From: Pelomyxa schiedti
Lineage: Eukaryota > Protista > Evosea
Direction of reading: 5' to 3'
NCBI GenBank assembly: GCA_020536535.1
Contig: JAHLWZ010000827.1
Coordinates: 1 to 64,000, forward strand
DNA length: 64,000 nucleotides
This document shows positions 13,801 to 24,742 of the stretch, in pieces. The notes under the pieces are model-generated. The model ran no database searches. It saw only the letters and a list, made by a program, of their open reading frames with translations, and had not been told where the DNA came from. Position 1 is the first letter of the stretch. Each line of letters begins with the position of its first letter. Both the position numbers and the translations under genes were made by a program.

Positions 13801-14690
13801 CACGCAACTCCACTTGGGCAGCCATTGCTGCAAGTAAAATGGCTTCATCTCTCGTGCATGGATACATTCCATCTGAAATGGCTGTGCGGATCTATGGCAC
13901 GCTTTGAGGTTCAAGTGATAGTTATATAAAATACCTGGAGATAGAGGAGGTGGACTTGAATAGGGTCACTTGTGTCAAGAGAATCATCAGAAGCAAAAAA
14001 GCGTTTTTTAATTATCAGCATAGTTTTCTCAGGTATAGATTGCTCATAAAGAGTTTTGTCGAGAGGAATCCATGCAACTTGGGAAAATCACCAATGGAAC
14101 ATAATGATTAGGCTGGTCACCTTCCCCTTCTTTTTGAAGAGCAAACTCTTGCCAATTTTGGATGTTCAGTCTGCTACACATAGTCTCAACAATATTCTGA
14201 TGCACTTGTTACAACAATCCCTTAATGAGGGCAAGCTCACAGAAACAGGTTTACTGTCATCAACGGGGATGGTGCGCACATTCCCATCAAGTGTTTGAAC
14301 CTTTTGTGGGCGCGTTTTCTTTCTAAATATGACCTCTTCATCCTACAGAGTAAGGGTAACAACAGATTGCCAAGCAAACCACTTACGTTACGCAAGTCAT
14401 AAAACCCAACAGTTTTCGTTGGTTCTAAGAAACGAGGTGGTCGAGTTGACAAACCAGTAACAGTCAATTCCTGGAACAAACCATGGTCCATAACCATTGC
14501 TTGAAACTACCCAACGAACAGCATAAGTGACAGTGCCAGGGAAAAAAAAAAAAAAAGTGGAGGTGAGCAAGGGAAAAAAAAAAACCTTTTCGGCAATGTC
14601 TTGCAGCACTTCTCCTATGGACTGCTGTCTGTTGTATCGCAGTGACCGAGTGACACCCTTCTCAGGACACGACACTCTAAGTGTCAACAT
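4813..14690 (-). CDS. TLN: Talin (FERM head, helical rod, I/LWEQ tail), many short introns
   Basis: N-terminus MLTLRVSCPEKGVTRSLRYN (F0); FERM motifs YPCTRDEAILLAAMAAQVE, AKYRYIQVARTIKTYG, EIKQLIAGYIRIILRK; Ala/Ser-rich rod helices; I/LWEQ motifs DPTWSNGLISAAQ, VVAATTLLVTASKVKA, QIKMEKLQEQLRKTRLEI. Ends HRAGKYAEAKKAVAKKS; no villin headpiece. Confidence 0.95.
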
Positions 14691-14968
14691 GATTGTTTGC
14701 TTTTATGGTGGGTCTCCTGGCAAACACGCAGCAAAGCAGCTTGGTTTGGTTTTTTTTTTTATTTCCTTTAATGAGGCCGTGATTGACGTCGAAAACCAAA
14801 AGGCAGGTAATTTAACGTTATTGATTTCTGTTACGAGAACGAGAGGTAGTACAAAACAAGCAAGATTTGAGGGCGAACCGAAACCTTGTTTTTCATCTGA
14901 AACTCTTGAAGGCATTGGTAGTGGAGTGAATCGCAATTGGGGGAAGGGCTTCTTCTTCTATTCTTTCG

Positions 14969-16411
14969 CTAGTGGAGCGTTTGGGGTTGTTGGCTGGTTT
15001 TCGTTTTGTTTTGTTTGCAACACAGTGCCACCAAATCAGCATCCACTATCCAAATGCTTTTAATGTTTCTCACATTTGCAAAAAGAGCACCACATAGGAG
15101 TAGCACTATTCCCAGCCCTTCACTTGGGGATGGCACCAGATCATTCAAGCACCAATCCAGAAACACACTGCAGCCAATTGACAGTGACACAGTCACAACT
15201 GTGGCAAAGGTGGGTTCACCAGTGGTAATGGAGAAGACGTAGAAGACATAGTAGAGAACAGAGAGCACAGCATTGATCATAAGGAATCCAAAAACACCAT
15301 CTTTGTCCATAACACCAGGGGGAGGTTCCAGGCCAAGTAATGTGATGGGCAAAATAGGTAACCACCAGACAGTCAAAACGAAGAGTCCAAGAATAGTCTG
15401 TGATAGCAGAACCATGGCCGCAGTGTTCAATCCAATCACCTTCTGGTAGAGAACAACAAATATGGCGTAGCACAGTCCTGAACCCACAGCCATAAGGCTC
15501 CCTAGTACAAGATAAAAAGCTGAATCAGACGATGAAGAAGCTGATGAAGACTGTGATGTGGAACCCATAAATGGGCTCAAGCATAGCAAGGCAGTGCCCA
15601 AAAGTGAAAATAGAGTTGCAACAAGCTTCGGCAGCGTGGCTACCTCTGCTCCAACACATACTCCAATTAAGAAAGTAAAGGCACACACAGTAGTGAACAG
15701 TGCTTGATTCAAGGAAAACGGAATGTACGCCAGTGATGTATACCACAGGTATCCACTTGCCAAGTTGAGAGTGGCCAATGCAAACATAGCCAGAACGATT
15801 TTCCACCTCACAGCCCCAATCCAAACATATAAGGTACCATTCCTCCTGCTGCCATCACTACCTTGTTGGTTCTTCAGAAACAGACTTCTTGTGTCTTCCA
15901 GGGCCAAAGTGAATGAGCTCTTGAACTCTCCCTTATTCAAATCAGTGGATGAAGGTGGAGCAGATGAGGAAATAGAAATAGAAATAGAACTGGGATCAGA
16001 ATCAGGAGCAGAAGCAGATCGACGAGATAGAAGCTTCCTCTCACAAGGTGCCAGGGGTCCGGCAAAGGCCAAAAACAAAGGAAACGAGACGAGGAGGAAA
16101 GACTGCGAAAACCAGCACAGAAAGTAGTAGGACGAGTACTGTATCCTGTCATACGTGGCCTGTGAGTACAACCCCTGCGTGCACGCCACGGCCACCGTCA
16201 GGACTGCGAAGACGACGGCCCACACGTGGCGCCCCTTGGTCCCACAATACAGTTTGTCCGCGGCGCGCCCGCCCTCGGGCCCGGGCTGCGCGACCTGCCC
16301 CGGGTCGGGCTGCCCGGCACCCATAAGTAAGGAACGAGACTCAACGTCGGACGCAGGCCCCCGCGGACACCCCTCGCCCCCGCTACAACATGCCCCAGAA
16401 CGTTCCTCCAT
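14969..16411 (-). CDS. SLC35F-like DMT/EamA-superfamily transporter, apparently intronless
   Basis: One long ORF with about 10 hydrophobic segments; YLWYTSLAYIPFSLNQALFTTVCAFTFLIG, KLVATLFSLLGTALL, GSGLCYAIFVVLYQK. First ATG (MEERSG) at 16411. Confidence 0.8.
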   Translation of the reverse strand: MEERSGACCSGGEGCPRGPASDVESRSLLMGAGQPDPGQVAQPGPEGGRAADKLYCGTKGRHVWAVVFAVLTVAVACTQGLYSQATYDRIQYSSYYFLCWFSQSFLLVSFPLFLAFAGPLAPCERKLLSRRSASAPDSDPSSISISISSSAPPSSTDLNKGEFKSSFTLALEDTRSLFLKNQQGSDGSRRNGTLYVWIGAVRWKIVLAMFALATLNLASGYLWYTSLAYIPFSLNQALFTTVCAFTFLIGVCVGAEVATLPKLVATLFSLLGTALLCLSPFMGSTSQSSSASSSSDSAFYLVLGSLMAVGSGLCYAIFVVLYQKVIGLNTAAMVLLSQTILGLFVLTVWWLPILPITLLGLEPPPGVMDKDGVFGFLMINAVLSVLYYVFYVFSITTGEPTFATVVTVSLSIGCSVFLDWCLNDLVPSPSEGLGIVLLLCGALFANVRNIKSIWIVDADLVALCCKQNKTKTSQQPQTLH

Positions 16412-16524
16412 CACACATGATACCGCCGAGTTCCCCTTTCCCTTGGGAATCAACACACAAGACTCTCGAGTGATTCCCGGAAGAGGCGAAAGCCGCACGA
16501 AACAAAACACCGAAATTTTCCCGG

Positions 16525-19181
16525 ATGGCGTACGACCCCACGGTTGAGCGTAGTTTCAAAGGGCACAAGGACGCAGTCACGGGGGTGTGCTTCAACCCCA
16601 ACATGAAGCAGATCGCGACGTGCTCCCTGGATGCATGCATCATGCTGTGGCACTTCAAGCCCCAGCTGCGTGCTTTCAGGTTTTCGTTTGGAAAACCCCT
16701 TGATATTTCGATGATAGTGTTTGGCCTTCGTGTGTGTCTGATGTGGTACATCTGTGTGACTGGTTTGGCTTGAAATTCTCAACTTGTATTTTGTTTGGGC
16801 TGAAAAAAAAAAATTAGATTTGTTGGGCACAAGGGGCCTGTGCACAGTTTGGCTTTTTCACCCACTGGGCACCTCGTTGCTTCAGGCTCAAAGGATTGCA
16901 CTGTGAGGTTATGGATACCAAACGTGTATGTTTGTGAACTGGATTGTTGATAGACTTGTCTACTTTTGTTTATTGGAACTTCACACTTTTCTCCCTCTCT
17001 CTAGGAAAGGAGAGTCGACTGTAGTAAAAGCTCATGCAGGTGCAGTGAGGTCAGTTGACTTTTCTAAAAGTGGAAAACTTCTACTGTCCGCTTCTGATGA
17101 TAAATCTATTAAAGTTGTACTCTCAGTATCATTTAATTTACAACCAACCAGCAAATAAAAGTTATGGGCACTCAGTGGGTTGCGTTTCCAGTACACTTTG
17201 AGTGGACATATTAACTGGGTCAAGTGTGCCAAGTTTAGCCCAGATACAAGGTTTTGAACCGTGAAGCAATGTTTCATTTAGTCCCATTCAGGATCATTGT
17301 TTCTTGTGGCGATGACAAGACTGTGAGAATTTGGGATGTGGAAAGAAAAGTAAACATTCAGACATACTCAGAACACACAGGGTCCATATTGCCTCTTCCC
17401 ACAAAAGTTCCTTTCTCAGTGTTTAGGTAGGGTTGTGAACAGTGTGTGTTTCAACCATGATGGTACCACTATATCCTCCGCAAGTAATGACCAAACCATT
17501 AATATTTGGGATGTCAGGTCTGCAGTTACCGCTAATGGTCCTTATTCAACCTATTTTCAAATAGGACTAGTAAGCTGATGCAACACTACGACGCACACAA
17601 ATCAATTGTAAATACTGTAGAGTTTCATCCTTCTGGCAACTACTTATTGTCCTCTTCCTCTGATAACACACTCAAGGTATGTTGTCAATTATTCCTGTTG
17701 ACTGCGTTAAATATTTAAAGATATGGGACCTAAGAGCTGGGCACCTCTTTTTTACTCTTTACGGGCATGAACGTGCTGCACTTACAGCCGCATGGTCCCC
17801 TGCCGGAGACTACTTTGTCAGTGGAGGGGCGGACCGACTGGTGATGATCTGGCGTGCCAACTTCGATCAATTGGGTATGGGCTCATGTGAAAGTCGCCAC
17901 TCATAATTCTCTTTAAGACTCGGAACCAACGTTACGAGACCAATTCATCTCTTCCTGTGAAAGGTTACTTGATATAACATTTTTTGCCCAGGACTCACAC
18001 GCTTCTCAAAGGCAACCACCAACGCCACTACCGACGTTTTCCGGGCTTAAAGAATCACTGCACACTGCCAGTAATTCTACTTTTTCTAAATCTGCTTCAA
18101 AACCGTCATCTACCACATCTCGTCTTCATCACACGCGGGTGGATCCACGGAACACTCTTTCTCGGGTACCACAAAGAGAAAATGTTATAATTGCTGATTT
18201 TTCCTCCGGAACTACACAAGTAAAATCCAAACCACACTTTCTCTTGTGACAATAGTAGCCTGATATCGACACTGGCCAAGGGTTACCGCAGACCATTCCT
18301 CTTGGTCAAGAGAACTTGCCAGAGAGATTAGCCTCGACATTAGATTTTCTCATCAGCAAGGTTTACTCATAGGTCTTTTTTCGTTGCAGTCTAACCGAAA
18401 TAAAAATAGCTTGAAATGATCACGCAAGCACTCACAGTTTTAGAAGCTCGTATGACTACAACTGAAGACAAACTCACAGCTTTGGAACAACAACCACTCA
18501 TTCAGTCTTTCCAGGCAGCAAGCACTTTAGGAATGTCAGGTTTTTTCATAGGAATTCCTTTTTTCTACAGAGTAATCAAAAGAAATTATCGATCTCTCCT
18601 TCAGATAGACATGCGAATTTTGAAGGTGGCGCAGAGGAGATACCGTTATACAATCGCGCACGGGGTCCCCCCAAGCACACATTTTCCACGCCAAACCACC
18701 CTAGTACAATGACCAATAGACCGGTACTACAAATCTCCCGCAATTGCGGTTTTACTCACATCAAACCGAGGTTCCGCATAGAGCAAACACCCAAAGTGAA
18801 TACCCACCCAGTGCACCCAAAAAACGGGATTCTCCTACCGGCTTTGACACCCCAGCACAAACCAAAACCTTCCACACTGAACCCAGCACAACCACACAAT
18901 CACCCCCATTACAAACCCAAGAATCACCATACCAATCCCCACTGCCTTCACCTCATTCACATTCACACTCCAATTCAAACTCACACTCACCATCCCCATC
19001 ATCAGTACCCAATCCCAACAACAACACTTTTGTCCTCAGTAACAACCAACAACACCACAGCAGCACAGCAGCTTCCCATAATGACGGCGGCGCGGCTCTT
19101 CACGATGACGCCAACGAATGGGGAGGCAACTGCACAAACGTGGACTACACGACCCCTGACGAGGGCGACGAATTTCCCTGA
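16525..19181 (+). CDS. POC1: POC1 centriolar WD40 protein with Poc1 coiled-coil motif and low-complexity C-terminal extension
   Basis: [52 protein letters not shown]|FVGHKG...VRLWIPNV|[19 protein letters not shown]; Poc1 motif [22 protein letters not shown]. The end at 19181 is inferred by splicing; the alternative stop is 18712. Confidence 0.93.
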
Positions 19182-19476
19182 GCAATTGAGAGAACCACAA
19201 GGAATTTCGTTTCGCGTATCTCCGTCTGAGACAATCGCGCATCTTTTTTCTGTGCTTCCTTTTCGGAGGTTCCGATGCCCTGTAAAAAATTTCCAGGACA
19301 AAGTGAAATAAATCACGACACTTCATCAACAGAGACCACCAAAAAAAATGACAGCAGTACCCGGCTGAACAATATAAAATATTTCGTCAACAAAGGGACC
19401 GTGACTCCCACAACAAAAAATAAAGAAAAGGAGCCGTGGAGTGGTTGTCCCCATACCCCAAGATCTTCATCGTATC

Positions 19477-21101
19477 ATGGCCCAAGATCACGACCATTGC
19501 ACCGCGAACACGTCCGCCCCCGATGCGCCACAAACAGCGATAACCGTGTCGACCGTGAAGATCCCACTCGCCGCGAATTTCGTAAGACGACTACGGGTGG
19601 CCGTCGTTTACAACACCAAAGATCGCGCTCCGCCGCCTCCTCGGCAGTCACAACTCGCGATATCCACCACGGCACAAACAGGCGCGACCAACCCTTCTTC
19701 GGAAAATATTGTCATGAGTATGGATGATCGTTTGGCGGAGCTGGACACAATGGACACAATTGCTGCTTATGGGGACTCGATCGGCGCCTTGGGACACGAC
19801 GCGGAGCTGGTGCACGGCGATCATGACATCGGCAACGAGATTCTGAGGAGAAGGCGAGAAGCCGGCGGCGCCATGGCATTTGATATTGCCTGGAATACTT
19901 GTGAGGGTTACACAGGCATGTCTATCTTGTTATCTCGCTGTATTCCTCTCTACTTTTTCTTTTGTACCCTTTCCCTCTTCGTTGTTCTTCGTTTTGAACG
20001 TGTATGTTTAGTGCGCAACTTACGCTGAGGAATTCTTTAGGGGAAGGAAGAGAGGCACAAGTTCCTGCTATTTTGGAAATGGTGGGATTACCGTATACTC
20101 TTGGGAAGGTCTTGTGTATGGCTGTTACTTTAGATAAAGCTATGACCAAAAGGATTCTTTCCTTTCACAATCTCCCTACACCCAAATTTCAGGTTTTTTA
20201 GTTCCTATTTCTCCAAACATTTAGTCCACTCATTAGGAAATTTTCGACCCTGAAGAACCTTTTGATCCCCATCTTAGATATCCTTTGTTTGTAAAACCGT
20301 GCAGTGAAGGAACCGGCATGGGGATTACCCGTAAATCATTGTGTAAAACCGAAACTGAAGCAAGAGCCATGGTTCGAACACTTCTATCGAAGTACGCCAA
20401 CCTCTGCTTTTCTTTTTTCAATATATTGATTGTTGCAGATATAAAAATACGGTTATAGTCGAGGAGTACATTTCCGGGATAGACGTAACCTGTGGACTAG
20501 TGGGAAACATTGGCCGGGACGGGAACACTAACAACATCCACGTATTCCCAATAAACTGCGTCGATTACGAATCCATGAAAAAGACTGTTCCCGAACTTTT
20601 TGGTTTGATTACCCACTGCATACGTCTCTGCTTACTTTGGCAGTTGGAGAGGATGAAAACGAACTATTCTATCACCGATTTTTTAAAGCTCTAACCCTAA
20701 ATGAATGGGCTTTGAAGTGTCCGGCACCACTTCCAGATAAGCTTACAAGAGAAGTGTGCACTAGGCAATAAATTCAAGCTAAATCATTTCTCCCAGATAC
20801 GGCGATTGACTGTGGAAACTTTCCGGGTTTGCCACTGTCTGGACACATCCAGAGTGGACTTCCGAATCGATTCTGAGGGGAACCCCTTCATTCTTGAGAT
20901 CAATGCCATTCCTGGAATGTCTAAAGATTCCGACCTCTCAGTACTCCCTCCACGCAATGCCTCTTTCTAACAACATAACAGTTATCTTGCTATGCTGAAG
21001 GTTGGACACTGGTTGACTTGCACCAAGAAGTTTTCAAGGCAGCCTGTGCCCGATACAACTTACTTACAGAGTGGAGGGTGAAAGACCCTAACTACCCATA
21101 A
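19477..21101 (+). CDS. D-alanine--D-alanine ligase-like ATP-grasp enzyme (bacterial Ddl-like subfamily), 6 introns
   Basis: Spliced: RVAVVYN...FDIAWNTCEGYTG|EGREAQVPAILEMVGLPYT...TLDKAMTKRIL...YPLFVKPCSEGTGMGI...VIVEEYISGIDVTCGLVGN...CPAPL...SRVDFRIDSEGNPFILEINAIPGM. Stop TAA at 21099-21101. Confidence 0.9.
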
Positions 21102-21154
21102 CCCAAGCAGCAAACAAAGAACATTTATTCACTACACAATTTCAATACCCTATC

Positions 21155-22213
21155 CTAGCAACACTTCTTATCCCCAGATTGTGTCATCTTCACGGTGTCT
21201 GTCTTTGCTGGGGGAGGGTTGTTTTTTAACTTGACAGCCAAAGTCCTTGCAAGTGATTCAAAGAGGGTATCAATTCCTTTGTGTATGTTGTTATTTCAAT
21301 TTGTTCCACGGAGGATATTTTACCTTCACCAGTTTTGGCTGAGGTTTCAAAATAGGGTATCTTTGTCGAGTATTGCAAGCTACCAACAAACATATTGCCT
21401 TGCTCTGGTGTCACAACTCTGTGTGGAGTATCAATTTTATTCCCCACGACGGCAATGGCTATGTTGACATTAGTTGCAATAAGCTTGTGAGGGGACCGTA
21501 CCGATATCAGTGTTAATATGTTGCTTTAAATCTTTGAAGTGATGTTAAGTGAAAAAGGAAAAGGAATACTGAACATATTAACCTGTGAACCAGTCATTCA
21601 CATCATTGAAAGATGTTGTATCAGATACATCGAACTGTCAGAATATGGGAAAATGGTGGCTAGTAAGTAACGCATACAACAATAACAGCTGCTTGAGACC
21701 CTCGGTAGTACCTTGTGATACAGCATCGGTAGGAAAAATAAAGGTATGGTTTTAGTAAGTAAAGTTACATGGGAGTCATAGATCGAAATCTCTCTTGCCC
21801 AGCAGTATCCCACTAACGATAACAGAGTAAGAAAAAAAAAAAATCAAAGAAAATGATACACACAATCTGGTGCGATAAGGTTATGGAATAAAGCAGTTAG
21901 TGAATATCATCCCAGGTAAAAAAAAAAAGTCTTACCTGCAACTTCACTTGTATATCCCCAACGGTTCTATTTAGCACGTTAAGCTTTTTTTTGGCGAAAA
22001 AACACAAACATGTTTTTAGACAAAAAGGAGGCCCCAATGGTGGCACTGTACTCTGAAGTGAATGACGCATTTACAAATCTGTTGCTCACGCTCGTTTTCC
22101 CAACACCTTAACAATCAATACTGATGAGATTATTTGTCCAATTCGTTCCAGTTGCACCAACCTGAGCTGCCAATCAAAACAATTTTTGCGGCTACGCTGT
22201 TGGAGTGCGACAT
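21155..22213 (-). CDS. Rab GTPase, Rab5/21/22 endocytic group
   Basis: MSHSNSVAAKIVLIGSSG|VGKTSVSNRFVNASFTSEYSATIGASFLSK...LQ|I|WDTAGQERFRSMTPM|YYRGSQAA...VGNKID...FETSAKTGEG; ends GDKKCC (prenylation motif). Confidence 0.93.
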
Positions 22214-22588
22214 CTTTGATGGCGGCGACGAAGGAAAATAACTGAACAAAATCAAAGAGTGATGGATGCCTAAGTTGGAGCAGTTGATTCTGTGCTAGAT
22301 TCTCCCCAAAACAAAGTTGTCTGCAAATGTACATAACTCGGTCTGACACACTCATTGTCTTTCGGCCCATGTCTCACCTAGAGGTGGCACCTTGGAGGGA
22401 ATTCCACTGCACATCAACTGATTGGAAAAGCTGTTGAAAACGGTGTTTTTAGGCTCTTCTGTGGAAAAGAGGATAGAATCTGAACTAACACCTGCACAGA
22501 CCATGTGAAGCTCGCCAGAACTTCACAAATAGTTACCAAATATTTTAAACAAAGCGCAGCGCAACAACCCCCAACTCCCAACGCGCTC

Positions 22589-24659
22589 ATGGCCCAGAAA
22601 AGTGGAACTCCCGCCAAGAAAGCACGAACCACGGCTGTTCAGGACACAACCCCCAAACCCACAGCCACAGCCTCGCCGACGTCCACCAAGGTTACTACTA
22701 GCAGTAAACCAACTGATTCTGTGCCTCCTTCAGCAACCCCGGTTTCTGCCAAGGGTAAGCACTTCTCTATTACAAACCCTTTCTTGTTATTTTTTTTGTT
22801 GTTTGTAAACTCCCCCTCGGATCTCGTTTGTGCTCGACCCCAAACTTTCACTACGACTCGATTTTTTCATCTCACACACGGCCGTACCGTGCCATCGCAA
22901 TCACCCGAAATGCAACTCTCCTTTGTGCAACAAACATCAATCGGTTCCTTGTTTTAAAAGCAAATCAACACACGTTCATCTTCTTTTTCTCTTTTTCTAC
23001 AAACTTACCATCGGATCTACATCTATCATGGCAGCCACCCATACCACCGGAATTTCGACACGATGCCTCCACGGCGATTGTCACGAGGACCACGTCGGCC
23101 ACGCTCACACATACCCCATTTTCCAGGTTTTTTTTTTTTTTCCGACCTCCTTTTTTCCTCGCCACCTTACTACACTCGCTTTTTCCCCCCTTTTTTTTTT
23201 CTGAATTTCTGACTGTGCTGTTTTTGCTTGTGTCGAATTAGACCTCTACATTCGTGTTTGATTCCGCCGACCATGGAGCCGATTTGTTCGGTGGTCGAGC
23301 TCAGGGACACATCTACTCCAGAATTGGAAACCCCACAGTTCAGCAATTTGAGAAGCTCGTGTGCACACTTGAGGAGGGTCAGCACGCTGTAGCCTTTGGG
23401 TATATATATATTTTTGCATATCATTCTTCTTCACTACCCGCTTCTCGCGTGTACTGACTTGATGCAGCTCTGGTATGGCTGCCGTAACAGGAGCACTTCT
23501 TCCCTTCCTTCAGAGTGGAGACCACGTCATTACTGGAGACACACTCTACGGTCCATCCACCCACGTCATAACGAACCTCTTCGCTAGGTACGGAATTCAA
23601 AGCACAATTGTGGATTGTGCCAACTTGGAGGTAATCTATACACAGTAACCTTACCCTTTGTGCTTACTGTGGAATTTAGGCAGTACGTGCTGCTGTCAAG
23701 CCAACAACCAAGGTCATCTACCTCGAGACTCCAGCAAACCCCACCAACAAGATTTCTGACATTGCAGGCGTTGTTGCAATTGCCAAAGGCTGCGGTAACG
23801 AGTTCCCCCATGGCTGTCCTCAATTGACTCTTTGTCATAGGTGCCATAGTTGTGGTTGATAACACTTTCTCCTCGCCCATCTTCCAGAAGCCCATTGTTC
23901 TCGGTGCCGATCTTGCACTTCACAGCCTTACCAAGTACATCAATGGACATGGTGATGTGGTGTGTAACTACAGTTTCGCAGATCAAACTTAATTTGCGTT
24001 AAGGTTGGTGGAGTTGTTATTACCAAGACAAAGGAACAAGGACGACTTGTTCAGAAGTACAGACAGGATACTGGCGGTATTCTTGGCCCCATGGATGCCT
24101 TCTTGGTACTTCGGTTGGTTTCCTTTCTAAAAAAAAAAAGAGGTTTTATCCATTTTACTGATTACACACAGTGGCATGCGCACCCTTGCCATTCGTATGG
24201 AGAAGCACTGCGTCAACGGTCTTGCTGTTGCCAAATTCCTGCAGAGCCATCCTAAAATTGAGACTGTCTTGCACCCTGGCCTTGAGGGTGCCCAAGGTTA
24301 TGAGCTCGGCCGAAGGCAAATGACCGGCTATGGTGGCACCTTCTCCTTCCTCGTGAGGGGTGGTTTCGAGCCAGCCAAGAAACTTATTGAGAGCTGCAAG
24401 CTTTGCACCCTTGCCGTAAGCCTTGGGACAGTCGATACACTTATCGGTACGGCGGTTTAAATATTCCTTTTACTTCTCGCTCTCAATGATCCTAACCCCA
24501 ACCTCAGAGCACCCCGCCTCCATGACCCATGCCTCAGTCCCAGAAGAACTCATGAGGAAGCAAGGCCTTACACGCAACCTCGTCCGTATTTCTGTTGGTC
24601 TTGAGGACCCAGCTGACATCATTGCTGACCTCACCCAAGCCTTGGCCCAGTGCCCATAA
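22589..24659 (+). CDS. Methionine gamma-lyase-like PLP enzyme (Cys/Met metabolism family); alternative start ATG at 23028
   Basis: PIFQ|[56 protein letters not shown]-lysine motif [26 protein letters not shown]|[22 protein letters not shown]. Confidence 0.9.
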
Positions 24660-24742
24660 ATTGATGAAAAAAAAACTCGTGTTCCTGGATTCTGTTTTGA
24701 TGGGGGAAAAAAGGCAACAACGTTCACAAGAAACAAAGATTT

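Noticed and set aside
22086-22370. 94-aa minus ORF suggesting a long Rab N-terminal extension
   Set aside because: It is out of frame with KIVLIGSSG; the Rab starts at ATG 22213.
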